This document shows positions 19,589-31,387 of a stretch of 32,000 nt of DNA, one piece after another. The DNA comes from Wigglesworthia glossinidia endosymbiont of Glossina brevipalpis (GTDB lineage: Bacteria > Pseudomonadota > Gammaproteobacteria > Enterobacterales > Enterobacteriaceae). The position numbers and the translations under genes were made by a program. The notes beneath the pieces were generated by a model, which saw only the letters and a program-made list of their open reading frames with translations, ran no database searches and was not told where the DNA came from. Location of the stretch: positions 450,001 through 482,000 of the forward strand of contig BA000021.3 of NCBI GenBank assembly GCA_000008885.1. The letters run 5' to 3'. The stretch's first letter is position 1. The number at the start of each line of letters is the position of its first letter.

Positions 19589-20321
19589 TTTTTAATCTCT
19601 TTTTTAAAAGAATTTTTAGTTAAAATTAAATTTTATTTAATTTTGTTTTATATTAAAAATAATTAAGAAGATTAATCGTAATTATTAAATTTAAATTATT
19701 AATAATTTAATTTAAAAATTTATTAAATTTAATGTTTTATGTTTATATTAAAAAATATTAAATTTTTAAAATTTAATATTAATATATATTAACATTTTTA
19801 TTAAAAAATAATTATATTAAAAAATTTTAATTTAAAACTTTTAAAATCATTATATATATTTATTTATATTTTGGATATATTAATAAATTTAATATTAAGT
19901 TATTTAATAAAATATTTGTATTTTATGCAATTTATATCTTATATATATTTTTATTATTAATAAATAAGTTAAATAATAAAATAATGTTTTTTAAAAAAAT
20001 TATTTAATTCTATTAAAAATAAAAAATAAACTATTTTTTATTTTATTTATTTTTTTTATATATTATATAAATATAAAAAAAATAAAAAATATAAATTTTA
20101 TTTTAAAAAATTTTAAATTAAATTTAGTATTTATAAATTAATTGATTTAATGAAGTTTAAATTTTAATTTATTTAAAATAAATATATATTTAGTATTTAT
20201 TTAAAAAATTTAAAAAAAATATTTTTTTTGTAAGAATTTTTTAATTAATTTGAAATTTTTAATAAAAATAAAAATATTTAATAAATAAAATATTGTAAAA
20301 CTTTTATTTATTAATAATAAT

Positions 20322-21545
20322 TTAATTATTATATTTTTTTAAAATCAAAGTCGCATTTGTTCCTCCAAATCCAAAACTATTACTCATAACATAATTCAAA
20401 TCGTATTTAGTATATTTTGTAATTATTTTCATATCTAAATCTTTAGCCTTTTTATCTAAATTTTCTATATTTATGCTAGGAGCTATAAAATTATTATTTA
20501 ACATTAATATGGAAAATATTATTTCATGAACTCCAGCTGCTCCTAATGCATGACCAGTCATAGATTTTGTTGAAGATATCATTGGACTATTTTCACCAAA
20601 AGTTTCTTTAATAGCATTAAGTTCTTTTATATCTCCAATACTTGTAGAAGTTCCATGTACATTTAAATAATCTATTGAACTAACGTCTAAATTCTCTAAA
20701 GCCATCTTCATACATCTAACTGCTCCTTCTCCAGAAGGTATAACCATATCTGAACCATCAGAAGTAGCTCCATAACCTATTATTTCTGCATATATAAATG
20801 CATTTCTAGATAAAGCGTGTTTTAGTTCTTCTAATACTATTATTCCACCTCCTCCTGAAATAACAAATCCATCTCTATTAGAATCATAAGCTCTAGAAGC
20901 TTTTTGAGGAAAATTATTATAACTAGTAGATAAAGCACCCATAGCATCAAATTCACATGCCATTTCCCAACATAATTCTTCTCCACCTCCAGCAAACATT
21001 ACATCTTGTTTTCCAAATTTTATCATTTCCATTGCATTCCCTATACAATGAGCTGAAGTTGAACAAGCAGATGTGATTGAGTAATTAATACCTCTAATTT
21101 TAAAAGGAGTTGACAAACAAGCTGATATTCCTGAAGCCATTGCTTTTGTTACAATATATGGTCCAACGCCTCTTAATCCACGATATCTCATAGCGTCTGA
21201 TCCGTAAACTTGATTTTTTGGAGATCCACCTCCAGAACCTACTATTAGACCTGTTCTATTATTAGAAATAATATTAAAATTTAATTTTGCATCAAAAATA
21301 GCTTGCTCCATGGATAGATATGCATAAATTGAAGCATCGCTCATAAATCTTGATGTTTTTCTGCTAATAATACCAGAAACGTCTGTTTTAATATTTCCCC
21401 AAATTTGACTACGCATCCCAGAATCTTTTAATTCTTGAGAAAAATTTATTCCTGATTTTCCTGATTTTAAAGAATTTAATACTTCTTCTTTGTTATTACC
21501 AATACTTGATAATAGTCCTAATCCTGTTATTACGACTCTTCTCAT
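20322..21545 (-). CDS. fabB: 3-oxoacyl-[acyl-carrier-protein] synthase I (beta-ketoacyl-ACP synthase)
   Basis: ORF of 407 aa: MRRVVITGLGLLSSIGNN, YSITSACSTSAHCIGNA (catalytic Cys), LNVHGTSTSIGD, SMTGHALGAAGVHE, SNSFGFGGTNATL. Confidence 0.96.
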   Translation of the reverse strand: MRRVVITGLGLLSSIGNNKEEVLNSLKSGKSGINFSQELKDSGMRSQIWGNIKTDVSGIISRKTSRFMSDASIYAYLSMEQAIFDAKLNFNIISNNRTGLIVGSGGGSPKNQVYGSDAMRYRGLRGVGPYIVTKAMASGISACLSTPFKIRGINYSITSACSTSAHCIGNAMEMIKFGKQDVMFAGGGEELCWEMACEFDAMGALSTSYNNFPQKASRAYDSNRDGFVISGGGGIIVLEELKHALSRNAFIYAEIIGYGATSDGSDMVIPSGEGAVRCMKMALENLDVSSIDYLNVHGTSTSIGDIKELNAIKETFGENSPMISSTKSMTGHALGAAGVHEIIFSILMLNNNFIAPSINIENLDKKAKDLDMKIITKYTKYDLNYVMSNSFGFGGTNATLILKKYNN

Positions 21546-22133
21546 GTAATTCCTTTTATTAATTTTAAAATATTTTTAAAAAAATTATTTGTATAAATTA
21601 ATTTTTTAAATTTAAAATATAATTTATTATTATAAATAAATTTTGATACAATATATTACTAAAAATAAAAAATTTATGATTAAATATTTATTTATTAATA
21701 AAAATTTTATTTTATTTACTATCTAACAATAAATATGAGTAATATATAAGTTGATATTATATATTCAATATTATTAAATTAAATTTATATTAATAAATAT
21801 ATTTTTATTTATTTATATTTTTTGTTTTATATATTTAAATTAAATCAATTTTTGTATAAAAATTTTAAAATGTTTATAAAATAAATATTTAAACTATATT
21901 ATAATTATTAGTATAAATTTAAAATAATTACTATAAATCATAAATTAATTTACTTTTTTAAAAAAACAAAAAAATAAATAATTTCAATAATTATTAATTT
22001 TATTAAAAATAAATTGAAATGATAAACTTTTATAAAAAAATTAATTTTTTAAAAATTCAAAAAAATTTTTTAAAAGATATTATTTTATATTAATGAATTA
22101 TATTAATCAAATTAAATAAATTACTTAAAAAGT

Positions 22134-23057
22134 TTATTTTAACATTAATAAATTTTTCTTATTTATCATAAATACTCCTAATGATTCATCTATACAATCT
22201 ATCCATATAAAAGGGGCGTTTGAATATTCTTGCGATATGATGGACATATTTTCTCCAACTTCACAAACCAATACTCCATTGTCAGACAAAAAATTTGCAG
22301 ATTCATTTAAAATTTTTCTAATCAAAACTAATCCATCATTTCCTCCAAATAGACCAATTTCAGGTTCATGCAAAAATTCTTTAGGCAAAGAATTCATTAC
22401 TGTTTTATTTACATAAGGAGGATTAATTATTATTAAATCGTATTTTTTTGATTTAAAATAAATATTAGAAAATAAATCGGATAAAACTAAATTAATTCTG
22501 TTTTGTAAATTATATTTCTTTATGTTAAATTTAGCTACATTCAAAGCTCCTTCAGAAATATCCGATGCATCTATAAACGCTTCAGAATATACTTCAGCAG
22601 CAATAATAGATAAACATCCACTTCCAGTACATACATCTAAAATATTTTTTGGTTTGAATTTTATTAAATCTCTAAAATTGTCTGTAATTATTTCTCCTAT
22701 TGGAGAACGAGGAATTACAACTCTTTCATCAACATAAAATTCTAAACTACATAACCATGCTTTATTTATCAAGTAAGATGTTGGTATTCTTTCTTTTACT
22801 CTTTTTTTTATGTTATTTATTACAATTTTTTTTTCTTTTTTAGTTAATTTAGAATCCAATAATTCTTTAGAATAATTTGTTGATAATTTTAAACTTGAAA
22901 ATATTAATTGCAATGCCTCGTCTAATTCGTTATTTGTTCCTTGGCCATAACAGATGTTGTTAGTATTAAATTGAGTTATAGCCCATCTTAATAAGTCTCT
23001 TATAGATGATAATATATAAATATCTTTAGGCAAAATAAACGATTGTTTTTTTTTCAT
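22134..23057 (-). CDS. prmB: 50S ribosomal protein L3 glutamine methyltransferase (N5-glutamine MTase)
   Basis: ORF of 307 aa: RVVIPRSPIGEII, ILDVCTGSGCLSIIAAEV, LIIINPPYVNKTVM (NPPY motif), EFLHEPEIGLFGGNDGLVLIRKIL. The IPRSPIGE form favours PrmB over PrmC. Confidence 0.92.
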   Translation of the reverse strand: MKKKQSFILPKDIYILSSIRDLLRWAITQFNTNNICYGQGTNNELDEALQLIFSSLKLSTNYSKELLDSKLTKKEKKIVINNIKKRVKERIPTSYLINKAWLCSLEFYVDERVVIPRSPIGEIITDNFRDLIKFKPKNILDVCTGSGCLSIIAAEVYSEAFIDASDISEGALNVAKFNIKKYNLQNRINLVLSDLFSNIYFKSKKYDLIIINPPYVNKTVMNSLPKEFLHEPEIGLFGGNDGLVLIRKILNESANFLSDNGVLVCEVGENMSIISQEYSNAPFIWIDCIDESLGVFMINKKNLLMLK

Positions 23058-23154
23058 TAACTAAATGTTTAAAAATATTATTAATATTTAATTAAAAATA
23101 TATTTAATTATATAAAAAAATATTTAAATATTTTAATATTAAATTTTTTAAAAA

Positions 23155-23227
23155 TGGGTCGTGCAGGATTCGAACCTGCGACCAATTGATTAAAAGTCAA
23201 CTGCTCTACCTACTGAGCTAACGACCC
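23155..23227 (-). tRNA. tRNA-Lys (anticodon TTT), 3' CCA not encoded
   Basis: Reverse complement GGGTCGTTAGCTCAGTAGGTAGAGCAGTTGACTTTTAATCAATTGGTCGCAGGTTCGAATCCTGCACGACCCA, nearly identical to E. coli tRNA-Lys; followed by TTTTT, not CCA. Confidence 0.98.
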
Positions 23228-23308
23228 TTTGTAAATATAAAATATAATAAAAAATTTTTTTAAAAAATTAAAATAAATTATATATTAATTTAATTAAAAA
23301 ATCTTCAA

Positions 23309-24064
23309 TTACAAACTATTTAATCTTTTTTTAGCTTCATTTGAAGCTTTATCATGTGGATAAAAATTAATGATTTTTTTATAAATTTTTTTTGCTTTTT
23401 CTATATCTTTATTTTTTTGCATTAATATTGCTATTTTTAAAAGAGCATCTGGAGTTTTCTGAAAATTTGGAAATTCTTTTATCATAGAAGCAAAATAATA
23501 TATAGAATCGTCACTTTTGCCTTTTATATAATATAATTGACCCAACCAATATTTTGCATTAGGTGTATAAATAGATTTAGGATATTTTTTAATAAAATTT
23601 TTAAATTTTTCAATTGCTTTATCGTGATTCTTATTGCCAAGAACTAATTTAATATGTTTATTATATTCTAATTTATCTTCATAATTTTCATTAATAGAAG
23701 AATTTTTTTTAAAATTATTATTATTTTTAACATATGATAATTTTAATTTTTCATAATTATTTATAAAAATTTTTAATTTATCTTGAAATTCGTTTTGATT
23801 TTTAATTAATTTATGCAATTCATGTTGATTGAATTGTACTTGAGACCTAATATTTTCTAAATCATTTTGATTTTCATGTATTTTATTCTGTATTTGATTA
23901 AGTAATTGCGAATGAGATTTAAAAAGTCTATTTATTTTTGTTATTCTATCTTCTATTGCAGGAATTGCTTTTTTTACTTGTATTTTTGCAGTAGCAGTCT
24001 TTAGACTAGCTACTGCAATTAAAAATATGCAATATACAATTTTGTTATTTAATATAATCATCAA
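23309..24064 (-). CDS. cpoB: Cell division coordinator CpoB (YbgF), TPR protein of the Tol-Pal cluster
   Basis: ORF of 251 aa: N-terminal signal, coiled-coil region, C-terminal TPRs (YTPNAKYWLGQLYYIKGKSDDSIYYFASMIKEFPNFQKTPDALLKIAIL); directly downstream of pal. Confidence 0.92.
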   Translation of the reverse strand: MMIILNNKIVYCIFLIAVASLKTATAKIQVKKAIPAIEDRITKINRLFKSHSQLLNQIQNKIHENQNDLENIRSQVQFNQHELHKLIKNQNEFQDKLKIFINNYEKLKLSYVKNNNNFKKNSSINENYEDKLEYNKHIKLVLGNKNHDKAIEKFKNFIKKYPKSIYTPNAKYWLGQLYYIKGKSDDSIYYFASMIKEFPNFQKTPDALLKIAILMQKNKDIEKAKKIYKKIINFYPHDKASNEAKKRLNSL

Positions 24065-24081
24065 TATTTTAATAAATATAT

Positions 24082-24594
24082 TTAATATGTTAATACTACT
24101 CTGCGATTTTTTGCATAGGTTGTCTCGTCATGACCTAGTATTGCGGGTTTTTCCTTTCCATAAGATATTACTTTCATTTGATCATCTAATACACCCTTGC
24201 TTTGAAGATAAATTTTTACAGATTTTGCCCTACGCTCTCCAAGAGCTATATTATATTCAGATGTTCCTCTTTCGTCTGCATGACCTTCAATAACTATTTT
24301 ATAAGAAGGATTATTTTTTAAAAAATCTGAATGAGCATCTAATATTTGAGTAAATTCATCTTTAACTACATATTTGTCTAAATCAAAATAAACAATATTG
24401 TTTTGTTGTAATTCTTGAGAATTTGATAACTCTGATCCTTCAGGCATTATGTTGTTTACATTAGAATCTGTATTTTCTGAAGAACTAATTACTGGTTCAT
24501 CAATATTTTTAACTTGTTTTTTAGAAGTACAAGAAATCATAGATATTAATGGAATTGATAACACGATGCTTTTTAAAAATAAATTTAATTTCAT
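24082..24594 (-). CDS. pal: Peptidoglycan-associated lipoprotein
   Basis: ORF of 170 aa: lipobox-like ..[56 protein letters not shown]. Confidence 0.97.
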   Translation of the reverse strand: MKLNLFLKSIVLSIPLISMISCTSKKQVKNIDEPVISSSENTDSNVNNIMPEGSELSNSQELQQNNIVYFDLDKYVVKDEFTQILDAHSDFLKNNPSYKIVIEGHADERGTSEYNIALGERRAKSVKIYLQSKGVLDDQMKVISYGKEKPAILGHDETTYAKNRRVVLTY

Positions 24595-24634
24595 TTTTTT
24601 TCCTTATTAATTATATAATTCATTCAAAAAAATT

Positions 24635-25930
24635 TTATATCTTTTGAGACCAAGCAGGAAATTTTATTTGCCCATTAATCTTTAGAATAGATGTTTTGAA
24701 TCTACCGTTAGTAGAAATTAATTCTATTACAGAACTATCTCCATATGATGATGTATATATTATCATAACATTGTTTGGAGAAATGCTAGGAGCTTCATCT
24801 AAAAAAGTTTCTGTAATAATTTTAGCATTATCCATGTTTATATCAAAAAGAGCAATATGTTGTGATTTTTTTTCAGAATTTACCATAGCTATAAATTTAC
24901 CATCTGGACTAACATTTGCGTTTTGATTTTTTGATCCTAACCATGATAATCTATTAAATTTTCCATTGCTAATATTTATTTTATAAATTTGAGGAGTTCC
25001 GCTTTGATCTGATGTATACGCTAAAGAATTATTATCTGGAAACCAACTAGGTTCAGTATTATTGCTATTTCCATGTGTTATTTGTTTTATATAACCATTT
25101 TTTAAATTCATAACGTATAAATTCAAACTACCTGTTTTTGATAAAGCGAACGCCAAATTTTCTCCATTTGGAGAAAAAGCAGGAGCTCCGTTATGATATG
25201 GAAAGCTAGATATATGTTTTATTGATCCAGTTTTTATATCCTTTATTTTTATTTCTGAACTTCCTTTTTCAAAAGTTACATATGCTATTTTTTTACCATC
25301 TGGAGACCAAGATGGAGACATTAATGGCATATTTGATTGATGAATAATATTTTGATTATATCCATCGTAATCTGAAATACATAATTTATATTTATATTCA
25401 TTATTTTTGTTATACAATATGTATGCAATTCTAGTATGAAAAACTCCTTGTATTCCAGTTAATTTTTTAAAAATTTCATTACTTATTTCATGAGCTACTT
25501 TTCTAAAAGATTGCAAATGCACAGTTCTATAACCACTCAATAAAATTTTTCCCGGATAATTTACAAGATCTATTAATTTGTATGAAATTAAATATTCACC
25601 GTTATAATTCAATGATATTTTCCCAGTTAATATTGTATTAATATTCAGTTTATTCAAATTTATAGAATTATTTTTTATTTGTTTTTCTATTGATTTATTA
25701 CTTTCTTTGTATATTTCTATTGGAGAAAATTTTCCACTATTTTGTAAATCACATGAAATAATTTTACTTATATTTTCATAATTATTATTCTCATTTACTT
25801 CAACCCATTCAAAAGAAGAAATTCCTATAGGAGTCGATATATCAATTCCTTTATTGATGCTAATATCAACATTTGAATAAGAAGTTTTAGAAAAAAATAC
25901 ACAAATTAAAAAAAACAATAATCTTTTCAT
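24635..25930 (-). CDS. tolB: Tol-Pal system protein TolB
   Basis: ORF of 431 aa with signal peptide and repeated beta-propeller motifs (SPSWSPDGKKIAYVTFE, APAFSPNGENLAFALS, EPSWFPDNNSLAYTSD). Confidence 0.96.
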   Translation of the reverse strand: MKRLLFFLICVFFSKTSYSNVDISINKGIDISTPIGISSFEWVEVNENNNYENISKIISCDLQNSGKFSPIEIYKESNKSIEKQIKNNSINLNKLNINTILTGKISLNYNGEYLISYKLIDLVNYPGKILLSGYRTVHLQSFRKVAHEISNEIFKKLTGIQGVFHTRIAYILYNKNNEYKYKLCISDYDGYNQNIIHQSNMPLMSPSWSPDGKKIAYVTFEKGSSEIKIKDIKTGSIKHISSFPYHNGAPAFSPNGENLAFALSKTGSLNLYVMNLKNGYIKQITHGNSNNTEPSWFPDNNSLAYTSDQSGTPQIYKINISNGKFNRLSWLGSKNQNANVSPDGKFIAMVNSEKKSQHIALFDINMDNAKIITETFLDEAPSISPNNVMIIYTSSYGDSSVIELISTNGRFKTSILKINGQIKFPAWSQKI

Positions 25931-25984
25931 TTTTATTTAAAATATTTAAAAATTTATTTTACATTTATTTTTTAAAATAAAAAA

Positions 25985-26740
25985 TTATTCTGGATTAAAT
26001 TTCAATTTAATCTTTTTAACTATTTCATAAACAGTAATGTTTGGAGGTGGAGGTATTTTTGCTGATTTTGCAGAAGATATTGCAGCATGACATAATTCCT
26101 CGCTTCCATTTATCATATAAATTGACTTTATTGATCCATTTGAATAAATCTCAATATTTATTTCGCATGTTTTTCCTTTAAAAGTAGTATAATCATATAA
26201 TTTATTTTTAATTGCTTGTTGTATTATGGATTTATAATTTTCTACTTCATGGGATAATTTTTTTTCTTTAAAATCATTAATTTTTTTATTTTTTATTTCT
26301 TTTGATTTATTTAAATCTTCAATAAGATTGTATACAATTTTTTTTGATTTATTAGAAATATTACTTTTATAACTATTTTCTTCAATTTCATTTGAATTAT
26401 CTTTAATATTTTTTTTAATTTGTTCTATATTATATGTTTTTTTTTGTTTTATCTCATTTTTATTTTTTGTGAAATTTAAATTTTTTTTATTGTTTACAAT
26501 TTCTGAAGAACTATTAATATTGTTTTTGTTTGTTTTATTTTTTTTATTATATATATCTAAATAATTAGAATTAAATTCTAAATTTATTTTAATTGGATCT
26601 AAAGATGAAATTAAATTATCCAAATAATTTTTTTTTCTCTGAAAATTAATTTTATAATTTAAAAAAAAAATAAAAATTATATGTAAAATTATTGATGCAA
26701 ATATTGATATTTTAATATATTTTTTTTTGTTAATATACAT
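25985..26740 (-). CDS. tolA: Tol-Pal system protein TolA (shortened)
   Basis: ORF of 251 aa: N-terminal transmembrane helix, Lys/Asn/Glu-rich middle, C-terminal IIQQAIKNKLYDYTTFKGKTCEINIEIYSNGSIKSIYMINGSEELCHAAISSAKSAKIPPPPN; between tolR and tolB. Confidence 0.92.
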   Translation of the reverse strand: MYINKKKYIKISIFASIILHIIFIFFLNYKINFQRKKNYLDNLISSLDPIKINLEFNSNYLDIYNKKNKTNKNNINSSSEIVNNKKNLNFTKNKNEIKQKKTYNIEQIKKNIKDNSNEIEENSYKSNISNKSKKIVYNLIEDLNKSKEIKNKKINDFKEKKLSHEVENYKSIIQQAIKNKLYDYTTFKGKTCEINIEIYSNGSIKSIYMINGSEELCHAAISSAKSAKIPPPPNITVYEIVKKIKLKFNPE

Positions 26741-26775
26741 TATTTTGATTAATTTATATTGGAAAAATTAAAATT

Positions 26776-27189
26776 TCAATTTGATTTAGTAGCTAATCCT
26801 ATTGATTTAACTCCTGTTTTTTTTAAAAAATTTATTATTTTTATAATTTCTTCATAATATATATTTTTGTCTCCTCCAATTAAAAATGAAGAATTTGAAT
26901 TTAAAATTAAGCAATTATTAATTTCTTTTTTTAATTTATCAAAATTTAAATTTTCTTTTTTTATTTTATTAGTAATTAAGTTAAATTCTTTTGTTATCAA
27001 AACTTCTATTATAATAATAGACTTATCTTTTTCATTATTAAAAGTATTAGAATTTGGTAAATTTACATTAATTTTTTGAAACGGTTGATTAGAAAAAACC
27101 ATAAAAATTAACATCAATATTAATAATATATCCACTAATGGTATTACATTGATTTCATATTTAATATTTTTATATAATTTATATCTCAT
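26776..27189 (-). CDS. tolR: Tol-Pal system protein TolR (ExbD/TolR family)
   Basis: ORF of 137 aa: EINVIPLVDILLILMLIFMVF transmembrane motif; overlaps tolQ by 11 nt. Confidence 0.94.
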   Translation of the reverse strand: MRYKLYKNIKYEINVIPLVDILLILMLIFMVFSNQPFQKINVNLPNSNTFNNEKDKSIIIIEVLITKEFNLITNKIKKENLNFDKLKKEINNCLILNSNSSFLIGGDKNIYYEEIIKIINFLKKTGVKSIGLATKSN

Positions 27190-27886
27190 ATTTATTATTA
27201 TGAATAGTTTTTTTTGAAAATATTTTCCGATGCAAAATAGCAGAAAGTTCCTCAGAAAAATTTAAATAATTCTGAGAAATTATGTTAGACTTAACATTTA
27301 ATTTATTAAATGCTATTAATGCTGGAATAGCGACAAATAAACTTATTGCAGTAGTACTTAAAGCTTCAGATATTTCTGGAGCAATATTTTGTATTGTAAT
27401 ATTTTCTGAATAACCACCAATTTTATAAAAAGTATTCATAATGCTCCATACAGTTCCCAATAAACCAACGTATGGACTTACAGAACTAATACTTCCTAGA
27501 GTAGATAAATTAAATTCAATAAATTCAATTTCTCTATTAGTGATAATATTCATTGCTCGTTTTGTGCCATTAATAACAGATTGTGGATCATTAACTTCTT
27601 CATGATTCAATTTAGAAAACTCTTTAAATCCATAAAAAAAAATTTGTTCACATCCTGTTAGTTCTTTTTTATTAAATGAAATATCATTATATATATTTGA
27701 TATATTTTTTTTAGACCAAAATTTTTTTTCAAAAATTTCCATTTTTTTTTCTAATTTTCTTAAAATAAAAAATTTATAAAAAATTATCATCCAAGATGTA
27801 ATAGAGCAAAAAAACAAAAATAAAAAAATAATTTTTAAAATAAGATCTGATTTTAAAAATAAATCAAAAATATTAGTATTAATCAT
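27179..27886 (-). CDS. tolQ: Tol-Pal system protein TolQ (ExbB/TolQ family)
   Basis: ORF of 235 aa: LSTLGSISSVSPYVGLLGTVWSIMNTFYKIG, IAPEISEALSTTAISLFVAIPALIAFNKL. Confidence 0.96.
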   Translation of the reverse strand: MINTNIFDLFLKSDLILKIIFLFLFFCSITSWMIIFYKFFILRKLEKKMEIFEKKFWSKKNISNIYNDISFNKKELTGCEQIFFYGFKEFSKLNHEEVNDPQSVINGTKRAMNIITNREIEFIEFNLSTLGSISSVSPYVGLLGTVWSIMNTFYKIGGYSENITIQNIAPEISEALSTTAISLFVAIPALIAFNKLNVKSNIISQNYLNFSEELSAILHRKIFSKKTIHNNKYEI

Positions 27887-28017
27887 GTTTTAATCTCTAA
27901 GAAAATTCAATATACAAATAAAATAATATTAAATTAATTATATTAATTTAAAAAATATAATTTTTATTTTTTATATAAGAAATAAAAATAAATTTTTTTA
28001 AAAATAAAAGTATTAAA

Positions 28018-28908
28018 TTAATTTATGTCTAAATTTTCCTTTATACATAAACCGATTTTAGATAAATTATCAATTATTTTAACTCCTGCATTTTTTAAAG
28101 ATGTAATTTTTGATATAGCTGTTCCCTGTCCATTAGAAATTATTGCTCCTGCATGACCCATTCTTTTTCCTATAGGAGCTGTTATACCTGAAATATAAGC
28201 AAAAATTGGTTTTTTTACATTATTTTTAATAAATTTAGCCGCTGATTCTTCAGAATCACCGCCTATTTCTCCTATAATTAAAATTGCATGTGTATTTTCG
28301 TCAAAATTAAATAATTTTATTATATCTTTAAAATCAGATCCAATAATTGGATCTCCACCAATTCCTACGCAAGTAGATTGCCCTAGTCCAACATCTGTTA
28401 TTTGTTTTACTGCTTCATATGTCAAAGTTCCAGACCTAGATATTATTCCAATATTTCCTGGAGTATGTATATTTTCTGGCATAATTCCAATTTTACATTG
28501 TTTAGGAGTAATTACTCCTGGACAATTTGGGCCTATCATTATAGTATTACTTCTCTTTAATTTATTTTTTACAAAAATCATATCTGATATTGGAATTCCT
28601 TCAGTTATGCAAACTATCAAATTTATATTACTATCAATGGATTCTAGTATAGAATCTTTACAAAATTGAGCAGGAACGTAAATCACGGAAGCATTAGCTC
28701 CAGTATTGTTCACTGCTTCTTCCATTGTATTAAAAACAGGAATACCAATATGATTGGTTCCACCTTTTCCTGGGGTTACTCCTGCTACTATTTTTGTTCC
28801 TCCTTCTAAAGATAACTTGCAATGAAATGTCCCTTGTTTTCCAGTTAATCCTTGACAAATTACTTTTGTATTTTTATCTATTAAAATCGACATAATTATG
28901 TTTCCCAA
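28018..28908 (-). CDS. sucD: Succinyl-CoA synthetase (ADP-forming), alpha subunit
   Basis: ORF of 296 aa: [74 protein letters not shown] (phospho-His motif). Confidence 0.97.
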   Translation of the reverse strand: MGNIIMSILIDKNTKVICQGLTGKQGTFHCKLSLEGGTKIVAGVTPGKGGTNHIGIPVFNTMEEAVNNTGANASVIYVPAQFCKDSILESIDSNINLIVCITEGIPISDMIFVKNKLKRSNTIMIGPNCPGVITPKQCKIGIMPENIHTPGNIGIISRSGTLTYEAVKQITDVGLGQSTCVGIGGDPIIGSDFKDIIKLFNFDENTHAILIIGEIGGDSEESAAKFIKNNVKKPIFAYISGITAPIGKRMGHAGAIISNGQGTAISKITSLKNAGVKIIDNLSKIGLCIKENLDIN

Positions 28909-30064
28909 TAGAATTTTTAATAGCTTTTTTTACTGCATCATTTAGACTATTTGCTGCTATAATATTTAAATTACTTTTTTTTAAGGCTTTTATTCCATTA
29001 ATTGAATTATTTCCTTCTAATCTAACTATAATTGGTATTTTTATTTTTAAATTAATAACTGAATTTATAATTCCATTCGATATCAAATCACACCTTACAA
29101 TTCCTCCAAAAATATTAACTAGTATTACTTTAACATTAGAATCTAGTAAAATTATTTTAAAGGCTTTTTCTACTTTTTCTACTGTAGTATTTCCTCCAAC
29201 ATCTAAAAAATTTGCTGGATTGCCTCCATGAAATTTAATAAGATCCATTGTCCCCATTGCAAGACCGGCTCCATTAACCATACACCCTATATTTCCATCT
29301 AAAGGAATATAATTTAAATTATCATTTGCAGCATATACTTCTCTTTTATCTAATTGACTGTTATCATGTTCTTCATATAAAGAATAATTTCTATATATAG
29401 CATTATCGTCTATAATAATTTTTCCATCTAAGCAAATTAAATTATTCTTATCATCAATAACGATAGGATTAATCTCTAATGTAGTGAGATCATTTTCTAA
29501 AAATAACAAAGATAATTTATTACATATTTTAACAAATTGATTAATTTGATTGCCTTGTAGGCCTAATTTAAATGCAATTTTTCTTGATTGAAAATCTTGA
29601 ATTAAATAACATGATTCTAAAATTTCTTTATAAATATTATTTGATTTTTTTTTAAAAATATTTTCAATATCTACTCCTCCTGAATCAGAGGATATTAGCA
29701 TTATACTTGATTTTTTTCTATTAATAACAAAGCTTAAATATAGTTCTTTCTTAATTATCGTTTTTTTTTCTATTAATAAGTAATTTACTTTTTGACCGTT
29801 TTTATCTGTTTGATATGTTATTAATTTATTTCCTAACCATTTTTTAGCAAATTCATGTATTTCTTTTTTTGAATTAGTTATTTTAATACCTCCAGATTTT
29901 CCTCTTCCTCCAGCATGTATTTGGCATTTTATTACCCATGGACCAGTACTGAGATTTGAGATTGTTTTTTCTATTTCATCAAGTTCTTTAATACAATATC
30001 CTTTAGGTATTGGTATCTCATATTTATTAAATAATTTTTTTGCCTGATATTCATGTAAGTTCAT
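28874..30064 (-). CDS. sucC: Succinyl-CoA synthetase, beta subunit
   Basis: ORF of 396 aa: [86 protein letters not shown]. Confidence 0.98.
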   Translation of the reverse strand: MNLHEYQAKKLFNKYEIPIPKGYCIKELDEIEKTISNLSTGPWVIKCQIHAGGRGKSGGIKITNSKKEIHEFAKKWLGNKLITYQTDKNGQKVNYLLIEKKTIIKKELYLSFVINRKKSSIMLISSDSGGVDIENIFKKKSNNIYKEILESCYLIQDFQSRKIAFKLGLQGNQINQFVKICNKLSLLFLENDLTTLEINPIVIDDKNNLICLDGKIIIDDNAIYRNYSLYEEHDNSQLDKREVYAANDNLNYIPLDGNIGCMVNGAGLAMGTMDLIKFHGGNPANFLDVGGNTTVEKVEKAFKIILLDSNVKVILVNIFGGIVRCDLISNGIINSVINLKIKIPIIVRLEGNNSINGIKALKKSNLNIIAANSLNDAVKKAIKNSIGKHNYVDFNR

Positions 30065-30133
30065 TTTTATTTCCGAATAAAGTTAAATTCAATTTTTTAA
30101 TAAAAACAAAATTTTTAATTTAAATTAATTATA

Positions 30134-31375
30134 TTAAATATCCAATAACATTCTAATTGGATTTTCTAACATATCTTTTATATTTGATAAAAAACTAGCA
30201 GATTCTTTTCCGTCAATTAATCTATGGTCATAAGATAATGCTAAATAAGTCATAGGATTAATAGAAATTTTTTTATTTATAGAAATTACTCTATCCTTAA
30301 TAGCATGTATTCCTAATATTGCACTTTGAGGAGGATTTATAATTGGAGTGGACATCATAGATCCAAAAATTCCACCATTAGTTATGGTAAAACTACCACA
30401 TTGAAGGTCTTCAACTTTTAATTTTCCATTTTTTCCTAGAAAAGCAAGGTTTTTAATTCTTTTTTCTATTTCTGACATATTCATTTTATCTACATTTCTT
30501 AATATTGGAGTAACTAATCCTCGTTCAGTAGATATTGCTATGTTAATATCAAAATAATTATTATATACTATGTCGTCTCCATCTATGTATGCATGAATTT
30601 CTGGAAATTTTTTTAATCCTTTTACTACTGCTAAAACAAAAAAAGACATATATCCTAATCTTATCCCATGAAGTTTTTCAAAAATATCTCCATATGATTT
30701 TCTTAAATCATGTATAGATTTCATATTAACTTCGTTGAAAGTAGTTAATGAAGCAGTTGTGTTTTTAGAATATAATAAACGTTCTGCTATACATTTTCTT
30801 AATCTAGTCATTTTTATTCTATTTTCTCTTGGAGAGCTTTTTTCATAAGCTGAACTATCTTTTATATTGTTTTCATTTTTTTCTTTTTCTTTTGTTAAAT
30901 AATTATTTTCATTTAATTCATTTTCAATATTATTTTTGATATCAAAATTTTTATTAATATCATTTTTATTTAAATTATGTTTTAATATTGATCTGCGAAT
31001 AGATGGAGATAAATTAATATCATCAGCATGTTTTGTTTCTTTCTCTTTATTGTTTTCTGAACATTCATAATTATGTTCTTTTTGAGAAAAATTTATTTCT
31101 TTTATTTTATTTTCTTCTTTTTTTTGATCATAATTATTAATATTTAAACTTGCTATTTTTTGTTTTGATACTACAATAGACGAATTTTTTTGAAAAATTT
31201 CTATAATTTTTCCAGAATTTGGAGATGGAACCTCTAGCACAACTTTATCTGTTTCTAAATCAACCAGAATTTCTCCAGATTTTACATATTCTCCTGGTTT
31301 TTTTCTCCAATTAGATACCACTGCATCTGTTACTGATTCTGGAAGATCAGGAACTAATATATCTATAATATTCAT
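30134..31375 (-). CDS. sucB: 2-oxoglutarate dehydrogenase E2, dihydrolipoyllysine succinyltransferase
   Basis: ORF of 413 aa: [16 protein letters not shown], lipoyl motif [43 protein letters not shown]. Confidence 0.97.
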   Translation of the reverse strand: MNIIDILVPDLPESVTDAVVSNWRKKPGEYVKSGEILVDLETDKVVLEVPSPNSGKIIEIFQKNSSIVVSKQKIASLNINNYDQKKEENKIKEINFSQKEHNYECSENNKEKETKHADDINLSPSIRRSILKHNLNKNDINKNFDIKNNIENELNENNYLTKEKEKNENNIKDSSAYEKSSPRENRIKMTRLRKCIAERLLYSKNTTASLTTFNEVNMKSIHDLRKSYGDIFEKLHGIRLGYMSFFVLAVVKGLKKFPEIHAYIDGDDIVYNNYFDINIAISTERGLVTPILRNVDKMNMSEIEKRIKNLAFLGKNGKLKVEDLQCGSFTITNGGIFGSMMSTPIINPPQSAILGIHAIKDRVISINKKISINPMTYLALSYDHRLIDGKESASFLSNIKDMLENPIRMLLDI

Positions 31376-31387
31376 TTTCCTTATCTC

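Noticed and set aside
19589-20321. Possible replication origin, CRISPR or repeat array in the AT-rich desert
   Set aside because: No regularly spaced repeats, DnaA-box clusters or dnaA/gidA/rpmH neighbours were recognised; only low-complexity A/T sequence.
22522-22737. Antisense ORF within prmB
   Set aside because: Shadow ORF opposite conserved methyltransferase motifs.
24027-24293. ORF across the pal/cpoB boundary, + strand (88 aa)
   Set aside because: Mostly opposite pal; no ribosomal binding context or recognisable domain.
24696-27079. Antisense ORFs in tolB (24696-24926) and tolR (26867-27079)
   Set aside because: Opposite intact Tol genes; not independently supported.
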